Shown in pieces: positions 1 through 7,752 of a DNA stretch of 15,008 nucleotides; the stretch's first letter is position 1; every line of letters starts with the position of its first letter. A program made the position numbers and the translations under genes. Under the pieces are notes generated by a model that saw only the letters and a list, made by a program, of their open reading frames with translations, was not told where the DNA came from and ran no database searches. The stretch is taken from NCBI RefSeq assembly GCF_006345805.1, contig NW_021825536.1, positions 1 to 15,008 on the forward strand, given 5' to 3'. Source of the DNA: Octopus sinensis. Taxonomy: Eukaryota.

Positions 1-120
1 TACAAAGCTTGATAGAAACAGAAAAAAATAAATATATTAGTAGATATTTAAACAGATGAATAGATCGTAAGCTAACTTGTTACATAAATAGATAGATTTC
101 ACAGACAGACAGACGGTTAC

Positions 121-132
121 ATATCTATCTAA

Positions 133-207
<75 letters not shown>

Positions 208-271
208 GATATCTATCTATCTATCTAGATAGATAGATAGATAGATAGATAGATATATAGATAGATAGATA

Positions 272-334
<63 letters not shown>

Positions 335-335
335 T
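121..335. repeat. (TATC)n followed directly by (GATA)n, forming a spacerless palindrome
   Basis: TATC tract 121-226 switches to GATA tract 227-335 at TCTAGA (224-229). Confidence 0.95.
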
Positions 336-398
336 ACACCTCTATACACTCTAGAGAATACAAGCTAATAAACACACTTCCAATGGATAAATCGATGT

Positions 399-761
399 GT
401 GGGTATATATATAAATATGTACATATGTGTATATATATATATCTATTATATACTTATATATACATATATGTATATAAATATATACATACATATACTCATA
501 TATATATACATTTATATACGTGTACATATGTACGTATATATGTATATATATCCTAATGTACACTTATACATATATGTATATACATATGTACATGTATATA
601 TAGATATATATACACATATTTACACATTATTACATATTTATATGTACGTGCATATGTATATAATATGTATATATATATGTGGTGTATATATATATATATA
701 TATTTATATGTATATATATATGTATATATGTATATGCATATATATATCTATATATATTATA

Positions 762-815
<54 letters not shown>

Positions 816-830
816 ACATAATATACAGTT
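399..830. repeat. degenerate (TA)n/(TAYA)n microsatellite
   Basis: Visible directly; explains the Y/I-rich ORFs at 351-861. Confidence 0.95.
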
Positions 831-1167
831 AGATAAACATCGAGATACTTATAGATATTGATATATGGCTAACTAGAGAAAGTGATGTGTGATTCATAAA
901 TATATAGGTAATACAAATGGTGCTATTTACTTTGAACAAATTTACTGTTTATCTTGTGTGTTTTTATATATTTCTTTGTTGGTTTTTTTTCTGTTTTTCT
1001 TTTACTCTTTCTGTTTGTGTTCTACATATAAGTAATGTATAATTCGGTTCTTTTATTCCATAAGTAGGTATTAATTCGCAATACTAATTTATAACCTATA
1101 AAAATCTCACCTTCCTCAGTGTCTTTTATAAGTAATATTTATTGTTAGCTTCATTATTATTATATAG

Positions 1168-1210
1168 GTCGACGACAGCGGTGAGGACGGTGACGGAGCC
1201 GAACGTTGAG
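1168..1210 (+). other. candidate isolated 43-nt exon
   Basis: GC-rich block bounded by ...tatatAG (1166-1167) and a GTGAGT donor (1211-1216). The only stop-free frame is STTAVRTVTEPNVE. No partner exon or homology recognised. Confidence 0.25.
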
Positions 1211-1260
1211 GTGAGTGGCAGAATCATATAGTGCATTGGATGAAATAGTTTTACCCGTAT

Positions 1261-1719
1261 TTAATGCACGTTCCTATATTTTTCGGTATCTGAAATACGG
1301 CCAGAATCAATATTTGCTTTTATCTTTCCAGGGCTCGATATACCACATACCCGTCGCGTATTGGGTGTGATTCTATCAAGTTCAACATTATACGGTATTC
1401 GATATGTACCGTACGACCAGCTAGGCTTAGATAAGTATTTATACCTATAAATTTCCTGGCCTCGATAAAGCGCATACCAGACAAGTATCGGGTGTGACTC
1501 CATCGTGAATATCGCGTTACTGTAATGAAAATTTACTGTACAACAAGTCCCAGAAAATTTACCGTACGACCACTCTGTAATTTCCTTTTGATAGTAATCG
1601 TTTTTCTTATTTAGGCAATAAGAGAATCGGTGGGAAAAGAGTTCTTGTAGTTCATGGCTACGTCTCTCGAGCTCTAAGCTAGGGAAATGTTTTTCTATCC
1701 ATCCATCTTCTCTACCCAT
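1261..1719 (-). CDS. unidentified 152-aa ORF in non-repetitive sequence; possibly a decayed coding or TE fragment
   Basis: Open stop-to-stop from 1779 to 1264 (172 codons) outside microsatellite. No recognisable domain. Confidence 0.2.
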   Translation of the reverse strand: MGREDGWIEKHFPSLELERRSHELQELFSHRFSYCLNKKNDYYQKEITEWSYGKFSGTCCTVNFHYSNAIFTMESHPILVWYALYRGQEIYRYKYLSKPSWSYGTYRIPYNVELDRITPNTRRVCGISSPGKIKANIDSGRISDTEKYRNVH

Positions 1720-1957
1720 GGCATCTCCTCTACAGAGCCCTATTAGAAGCAGATTGCATAAGATTTTTTTTAGCTGGATTCACAAGCACGACCAAATCAG
1801 ACTGTGGATATCATACAACCATCTCGTTCATGGTCTACCCCAAAATCTACAGATTGATTTATCGCCGGCACGAATAAATCTACCCAAGTCTGCAGTTTGA
1901 AATGGGAAGTCATTCTTTATGAACAATTCTTACTCTATAAAACGAGTGTCTGTTTGC

Positions 1958-2220
1958 TTGTGTGTGTGTGTGTGTGTGTGTGTACGCGCGTGTGTGTGTG
2001 TGTGTCAGTATCTGTGTATGTGTTTGTGCATGTGTGTACGTTTGTGATAGAATGGGCTTTCGTGTGCGTGTTTTTTTCTCGTATGTGTGTGTGTGTGTAT
2101 GTATGTGTCTGTATATGTGGATATGTATGTGTAAGTGTGCGTGTTTGTGTGTATGTGTTTGTGTGTGTGTTTGTGTGTGTGTGTTTGCGTGTGTCTGTTT
2201 GTGTGTGTGTGTGTTTGTGT
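1958..2220. repeat. degenerate (GT)n microsatellite
   Basis: Visible directly; explains the C/V and H/T ORFs. Confidence 0.95.
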
Positions 2221-2644
2221 GATAGAATAGGCTTATACTGCTATGGATCGCAACTAGCGAAAAAGTTTTTCGATTTCGTTTCCCAGACCACTGAGAAGTG
2301 CAAACGAGAAACTCTGAATAAGAAGTCACGCAGATTTAGCCATTAATATAGGAATAGTGGTTCTCGAAGCGCAACACAAACAGTTATGCCACCTCGGCCA
2401 TTTTTTTTTCTTAACCAACAATGTTTTTCAACTCAATATTTACATGCTTTTCTTAACAGATTTTTGTGATGTGCTTCGAAAACCATTATTCCCAAAAAGA
2501 AATATATATTGGCGCTTCATTATCTATTACTTCCATGGGAAAGAGGGGAGGTTTTAGCGCACACGAAGGAACACAATAATATGTTATAAAAGTCTTTATC
2601 CTAACCCCTCTCATACTGTTTGCTTATTCTCTCATGCTTAGCAT

Positions 2645-2760
2645 CTGTCTCATCTCTCTCTCTCACTCTTTCTCTCTCTTGCTCTCTCTCTCTCAACATT
2701 TCGCTCTCGCTCTCTCTTTCTTTCTCTCTCTCTCTCTTTTCTCTCTCTCTCTCTCTCTCT
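2645..2760. repeat. (CT)n microsatellite
   Basis: Visible directly. Confidence 0.95.
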
Positions 2761-2831
2761 GTCATATGTATATACATAAGTCAACTTGCATGAACGGAAA
2801 GGTCAGCACGTAATATTTTAATGTATAACTT

Positions 2832-2928
2832 TTTCTCTAATGAAATTATATTCATAGCATATAAATGCAGTTTTAAAGCATACATTTGTAATTTACATAT
2901 TGAGCACTAATGGAACAGCTGTAAGAAG
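2832..2928 (+). ncRNA. decayed type I hammerhead-like motif
   Basis: TTTCT | CTAATGA | A | ATTA..TAAT | GGAA | CAGCTG | TA | AGAAG. It has a 5-bp stem I and a palindromic ACAGCTGT stem III, with two core substitutions (G5A, A13G). Confidence 0.4.
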
Positions 2929-3135
2929 TAAGGGTTACCACATTTTTAATTATTATTATTATCTTAACTCTCCATTTCTTTCCTACATTTCACTGAACAT
3001 GAATTTCGTATGTATATATATGGTGTTGTGTGTGAGAGAGAGAGAGGAGAGAGAGAAATGGAAAACAGAACCATAAATTGAACAGTTATAACTTCAATTC
3101 AATCTAAATATTTTATAGAACAAATGACACATCTC

Positions 3136-3231
3136 GTAAATTACAGCTGTTTCCGTTTCATTAATAGAACGGAGTTTATCAAGAATAATCAAATCAGTTT
3201 AAATATGTAATAACGCTTCATCAGATAGACA
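3136..3231 (-). ncRNA. decayed type I hammerhead-like motif
   Basis: The minus strand reads CTGATGA AG CGTT..AACG GAAA CAGCTG TA. The core is intact but stem I is only 2 bp. Confidence 0.3.
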
Positions 3232-3333
3232 TATCTACTTAAATATTTGACGAAAAATATCCATTGAAAATATTTATAATTGCTAAGGATATTTAATATC
3301 CCTTAAGTGTATGTTATATATAGATATAGAAAT

Positions 3334-3361
3334 ACACACACATATATATACACACACGCAC

Positions 3362-3419
<58 letters not shown>
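3334..3419. repeat. (CA)n(TA)n microsatellite
   Basis: Visible directly. Confidence 0.95.
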
Positions 3420-3480
3420 GGCGGTGCCCCAGCATGGCCACAGTTCGTGAGCTGAAACTAGATAAAATATAAATAAAATA
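3420..3480 (+). mobile_element. 3' fragment of a SINE with an A-rich tail
   Basis: GGCGGTGCCCCAGCATGGCCACAG..CTGAAAC matches 5541-5578 (GCAGTGCTCCAGCATGGCCGCAG..CTGAAAC), the 3' end of the SINE at 5167-5594. Confidence 0.8.
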
Positions 3481-3774
3481 TCAAATATATATATAATTAA
3501 TTAATAAGGGTGAGAGAATTAGATACTAATTTATAGTATATCTATTCAACACCAAGTGGCCTAGTGCTCCGGCTCCGAGAAACCTGGATTATTATAATAT
3601 TTTATAATATATTATAATATTTTACAAAATAAATATAAGAGAGTGGTCACTATATGGCTCACTCTAGCACCATTAATCCAAAAGGTTTCAACCACAAAAA
3701 TACATGTTTCCCATGAAAGTCAGTACGATTGTTAGCTCACACGGACAGGGCAAAATAAAAATAACAAAAATACA

Positions 3775-3873
3775 GATTATTTTGGGACAATTGTTTCGCT
3801 ATTAATGAATTAAATGTAATTTTACTTACAAAAAAATCCACTTGTAGCTTGTAGCTCGTCAGCCAAAACTATC
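3775..3873 (-). ncRNA. type I hammerhead ribozyme, copy 1
   Basis: Minus strand: GAUAGUUUUGG | CUGACGA | GCUA..UAGC | GAAA | CAAUUG | UC^ | CCAAAAUAAUC. All core nucleotides are present, G10.1-C11.1 pairs, and stem I pairs at 10 of 11 positions. Predicted cleavage is between 3786 and 3785. Confidence 0.85.
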
Positions 3874-4304
3874 TGGATGAAATCCACTCAATCACACGCC
3901 AGATTTTTACCATACGATAAATACGCGTGTGTTCAATTGATTAAATCCGACGTTATCAATGCCATGCCCAACTACAGCGCGCCAAACTTTCACGGAAAAC
4001 AAATACTGCATTAGAATAAATGCAGCATAATTATAATTAATTAATAAGGGTGAGAGAATTAGATACTTTTAATAGTAATATCTATTCACACCAAGTGGCC
4101 TAGTGCTCCGAGAAACCTGGATATTATAATATTTTATAATATATTATAATATTTTTACAAAATAAATATAAGAGTGGTCACTATATGTCTCACTCTAGCA
4201 CCAGTTAATCCAAAAGGTTTCAACCACAAAAAACATGTGTCCCATGAAAGTCAGTACGATTGTTAGCTCACACGGACAGGGCAAATAAAAATAACAAAAA
4301 TACA

Positions 4305-4390
4305 GATTATTTTGGGACAATTGTTTCGCTATTATGAATTAAATGTAATTTTACTTACAAAAAATCCCCTTGTAGCTCGTCAGCCAAAAC
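4305..4390 (-). ncRNA. type I hammerhead ribozyme, copy 2
   Basis: Minus strand: GUUUUGG | CUGACGA | GCUA..UAGC | GAAA | CAAUUG | UC^ | CCAAAAU. Predicted cleavage is between 4316 and 4315. Confidence 0.85.
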
Positions 4391-4469
4391 TTCTGGATGA
4401 AATCCACTCAATCACACGCCAGATTTTACCATAACGATAAAACGCGTGTGGTTCAATTGTTTAATCAAC

Positions 4470-5050
4470 CGTACTGACTTTCATGGGAAACATGTATTTT
4501 TGTGTTTGAAACCTTTTGGATTAACTGGTGCTAGAGTGAGCCTATAGTGACCACTCTCTTATATTTATTTTGTAAAAATATTATAATATATTATAAAATA
4601 TTATAATAATCCAGGTTTCTCTCACCCTTATTAATTATTATAATTATGCTGTCATTTATTTCTAATGCAGTATTTGTTTTCCGTGAAAGTTTGGCGCGCT
4701 GTTAAGTTGGGGCATTTGAATTATAACGTCGGATGTAATCAATTGACCACACGCGTATTTATCGTTATGGTAAAAACTGGCGTTGGATTGAGTGATTTCA
4801 TCCAGATGTTTGGCTGACGAGCTACAAGTGAATTTTTTTGTAAGTAAATTACATTTATTCATTAAGTAGCGAAACAATTGTCGCCAAAATAATCTGTATT
4901 TGTTATTTTTTCTTGCCCTGTCCGTGTGAGCTACAATCGTACTGACTTCAGGGGGGCAACATGTATTTTTTGTAGTTGTTTTTTGAAAACCTTTTGGATT
5001 AACTGGTGCTAGAGTGAGCCATATAGTGACCACTCTCTTATATTTATTTT
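4470..5050 (+). repeat. inverted copy of 3626-4258 carrying a 56-bp internal deletion
   Basis: 4470 pairs with 4258 and 5050 pairs with 3626. The unpaired spacer is 4259-4469. Confidence 0.9.
4805..4894 (+). ncRNA. type I hammerhead ribozyme, copy 3 (inverted arm), with an extra G after the cleavage site
   Basis: TTTGG | CTGACGA (4814-4820) | GCTAC..GTAGC | GAAA (4871-4874) | CAATTG | TC^ (4882) | G CCAAA. Confidence 0.7.
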
Positions 5051-5102
5051 ATAATATATATATATATATTATATATATATATATAATATACCCACACATA
5101 TA

Positions 5103-5160
<58 letters not shown>

Positions 5161-5166
5161 ATATAT
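5051..5166. repeat. (TA)n microsatellite
   Basis: Visible directly. Confidence 0.95.
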
Positions 5167-5326
5167 AGGAAAGGGTGTGTAGTAAGAAGCTTACTTACCA
5201 ACTATTAGTTTCCGGGGTTCAGTCTCGCTGCAGGCACCTTGGGCAACTGTTTTCTACAATAGCCTCGGGCCGACCAAGGCCTTGCGGGTGGATTCCAAGA
5301 AGGAACTGGAAGAGCCCGTGTATATA

Positions 5327-5360
<34 letters not shown>

Positions 5361-5594
5361 TAAGTATACATATTATATATATATACTTTCGTGTGTCTGT
5401 GTTTATCCTCCCACCATCGCCTGACAACCGATGTGGCGAGTTTACGTCCCAGTAACTTAGCGGTTCAGCAAAAGTGCCCGATAGAATAAGTACTAGGCTT
5501 AGAAAGAATAAGTACTGTGGTCGATCTGTTCGACTAAAAGCAGTGCTCCAGCATGGCCGCAGTGAAATGGCTGAAACAAAACAATAATAGAATA
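5167..5594 (+). mobile_element. near full-length tRNA-derived SINE with an internal (TA)n expansion (octopus-type, CORE-like CCTTGGGCAA motif)
   Basis: Degenerate A box near 5175-5186 and B box GGTTCAGTC near 5215-5223. The head is shared with 9741-9907 and the 3' end with 3420-3480. The family assignment is from recall, not a search. Confidence 0.8.
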
Positions 5595-5632
5595 TATATA
5601 TATATATACTTGTATGTATATGTATACATATA

Positions 5633-5667
<35 letters not shown>

Positions 5668-5690
5668 GTATGTATATATATATACATATA
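5595..5690. repeat. (TA)n/(CT)n compound microsatellite
   Basis: Visible directly. Confidence 0.9.
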
Positions 5691-5723
5691 ATCAAAATAA
5701 GCAACAAGGATATACAGAGGTAA

Positions 5724-5811
5724 TGCAGTACGATCGTTTCATGCAACTCCATTTAATTGACCAATACAAATATTACATCAATTTTAAGATGTAGAGCAAT
5801 CTTCAGCTGCA
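5724..5811 (-). ncRNA. type I hammerhead ribozyme (second family)
   Basis: Minus strand: UGCAG | CUGAAGA | UUGC..GCAU | GAAA | CGAUCG | UA^ | CUGCA. The core is intact, stem I is 5 bp, stem III is the palindrome ACGAUCGU, and 10.1/11.1 is a U.U mismatch. Predicted cleavage is between 5729 and 5728. Confidence 0.75.
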
Positions 5812-5827
5812 AAAAAATATAGAATTT

Positions 5828-6003
5828 ATTTAAATTCGAAGGATTCATTTGTATAGTTTTTCTATTAACCAAAATCTACAACTATGGTGTTGTTGATGAA
5901 ACATGTTCTTTTGTCTATCTACTCATCCTCTTTGTGATTTTTTCTACATATTTCATTTAAGTACATATTTTGATAAGGTTTATAAACAACCGAAACATGT
6001 AAA
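5828..6003 (-). pseudogene. probable decayed GIY-YIG endonuclease (3' end of a PLE ORF)
   Basis: One frame from 5980 to 5828 reads NLIKICT*MKYVEKITKRMSR*TKEHVSSTTP*L*ILVNRKTIQMNPSNLN, with FTC just upstream in another frame. The spacing fits YIGxTxxxLxxRxxEH and the terminal PxxLN motif. Confidence 0.45.
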
Positions 6004-6149
6004 ACAAGGTTTTTTCTTGTATTTATATAAAGAAATTTGAATGTACCTAATTTTTAAAAGTAGAATTTTCGTTCCTCTTTTTCATATATGTATGTGTGTG
6101 TATCTATCTGTCTATGCATGCATGTATGCATATATCCATCCACCCATAC

Positions 6150-6397
6150 ATGGTGGTTGGTCCGCATTAATCCGTAAGGAGAATAGGTCGGTTTACCGGT
6201 TTCCCTGACATATATATTCCTTCCTGGACGAGACGCTGGTCCCTCAGAGGATTACTCATCTTTACCACCTGGCGGGGGGGGCAGGAATAGAACAACGTGA
6301 AATGAAGTATTTTTGCTCAAGAATACACTGCGTTGCCCGGTCTCGGAATTGAAACCACAATCTTACAATTTCGAATCCAGCATCCTAACCAGGAAGT
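6150..6397 (-). mobile_element. tRNA-derived SINE
   Basis: The minus strand starts TGGTTAGG..GGTTTCAATTCC (A/B boxes), then TTCTTGAGCAAAAATACTTCATTTCACGTTG, which is shared with 13530-13846 (+) and 11140-11453 (-). Confidence 0.8.
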
Positions 6398-6699
6398 CAA
6401 ATGCATACATACATACCTGTGATTATTGGGACACTAAGATATGTAACACACTGCCTAAATACAAATCTTGATAAATTAGGCTTCTCAAAACCAAAAAGGA
6501 AAAAGCTTATTCGAAGACTATACAGATCCAAGCCATCACCGGGACTGTAAAAATCTGTAAAACTTCCCAGAGGTTTATCGTTTATGTATATACGAGCATA
6601 TCTAGACGTGCAACTGTATGCCTGAGAATATATACGTAAAACACTACATACAAATCTGCACATATACATAGATACACACATACATGCATTTATACATAC

Positions 6700-6830
6700 A
6701 TACATACAAAAATACCCTGTTAATGTTGTTGAAATTCCAATGAAGAAGCCTTGGATCTACGTTAGAAACCGGTTCTATCTCTATTGCTAAGGAATCTTGA
6801 AATAAAACTGAAAAATGACATACTTGCGTA
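6700..6830 (+). mobile_element. short interspersed repeat fragment flanked by (CATA)n
   Basis: Resembles a common octopus repeat that I recall. No second copy in the window confirms it. Confidence 0.4.
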
Positions 6831-7345
6831 CATACATCAGAGTAAATAATATATTAGAAAGTTAATGGTCTACAGTGCAGTGATAGGTGGGTTTTTTTTT
6901 TTTAATACATAGATAAGATAATGTTAATGGCAATAGTTTCGCGCAAAGAAGTTCCTGATTCTTCAATTGTAACTTGAATAAATCTGGCAGATCAGCCATT
7001 TTATCAGACAGAATAAAAAACTAGGCTTCAAATGAGATTTCGAACAATAACAGATGGCACGAAATCGAATGTAAATATTTAACTAAATGAGTAAAAGGAA
7101 GCTATCATTCAGAGCTTATAGAACTGACTGTTTCTCTTGTGGGGTATGCCAGTGCTAACCGGCGGTGCTTTGACAAAATAAATATAAATTATATATTTGT
7201 GCATATATGCAATATAATGTATTAAATATTAGTATTGTGTAATTTTGCAATCGTTGCTTGATATACCACCTGAGAATTATACATTAATAACAAAAACTCA
7301 AACATACGTCTGTATGTGTGTGTGTGTGTGTTTACAACACGTAAC

Positions 7346-7368
7346 TATCATCATCAATATCATCAATA

Positions 7369-7429
<61 letters not shown>

Positions 7430-7481
7430 CATTATTATTATTATTATTATTATTATCACCAACATCATCATCATCTTCGTT

Positions 7482-7533
<52 letters not shown>
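7346..7533. repeat. compound (ATC)n-(ATT)n-(ATC)n trinucleotide repeat
   Basis: Visible directly; explains the poly-I/Y/H/M ORFs. Confidence 0.95.
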
Positions 7534-7534
<1 letters not shown>

Positions 7535-7542
7535 TAATAATG

Positions 7543-7697
7543 TCGGCAGATGGCAGAATCGTTAAAGTGCCATGAAAAATTACAGCTATTCACGATTTGG
7601 AGTTCAAATCTCGCTGAGATAAATTTAGTATTTTATCCCTTAGGATATCCGATGTTATATTTTATCAGTCAAGTATTGAGATCGATAGTATCGATTA
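7543..7697 (+). mobile_element. degenerate tRNA-derived SINE (octopus OK-like)
   Basis: A box TGGCAGAATCG (7551), B box GAGTTCAAATC (7600) and 3' AAGTATTGAGATCGAT. Homologous to 7796-7962 and 13985-14146. Confidence 0.7.
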
Positions 7698-7701
7698 ATA
7701 T

Positions 7702-7702
<1 letters not shown>

Positions 7703-7737
<35 letters not shown>

Positions 7738-7752
7738 ATACGCACACTCGCA
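7703..7752. repeat. (CA)n microsatellite
   Basis: Visible directly. Confidence 0.95.

Larger units (their letters stand above)
3493..4465 (-). mobile_element. head-to-tail ~540-bp unit (1.8 copies), one hammerhead per unit; retrozyme / PLE pLTR-like
   Basis: TTAATAAGGG occurs at 3501 and 4041 (period 540). The units align end to end, and each carries an HHR on the - strand. Confidence 0.8.

Noticed and set aside
351-861. Y/I-rich ORFs, and all similar C/V, H/T, poly-I/M/Y/H, S/L and R/E ORFs in the track
   Set aside because: They are translations of microsatellites, which lack stops in some frames.
1168-1370. Spliced peptide ..GSIYHIPVAYWV resembling a UEV-domain strand, and - strand ..GSVTVLTAVVDLY resembling GPCR TM3
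   Set aside because: Both are short matches that end in a stop or have the wrong spacing, with no flanking domain support.
2460-2557. Possible terminal exon after a polypyrimidine-AG (DFCDVLRKPLFP..)
   Set aside because: No homology, no partner exon, and such acceptor-like sites are common in T-rich DNA.
3697-3727. Second HHR-like motif in the unit (CTGACTT..GAAA CATG TA on -)
   Set aside because: It lacks G8/A9, has no stem II and has no stem I.
4662-5033. 123-aa minus-strand ORF
   Set aside because: The frame is not preserved in the other copies of the unit and no domain is recognisable.
3493-5050. CRISPR array or MITE interpretation of the repeat block
   Set aside because: There are no short repeat/unique spacer units, and no terminal inverted repeats with a TSD. 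The unit is ~540 bp and the context is eukaryotic.
5968-6005. + strand HHR-like motif TTGATAA GGTT..AACC GAAA CATG TA
   Set aside because: It has two core substitutions and a 2-3 bp stem I, and it overlaps the antisense of the better-supported GIY-YIG fossil.
6740-6780. ATGAAGA..GAAA CCGG TT HHR-like motif
   Set aside because: C3 is missing, stem II is poor and there is no stem I. It is worth rechecking only in a family consensus.
7029-7090. 7-bp helix GATTTCG/CGAAATC flanked by ATGA and GAA
   Set aside because: The core is too degenerate (CAAATGA, GAAT) and stem I is only 2 bp.
7371-7457. (ATT)n tract as the 3' tail or target of the R4/Dong-like element
   Set aside because: It lies about 580 bp beyond the apparent 3' end, separated by two SINEs and other repeats.
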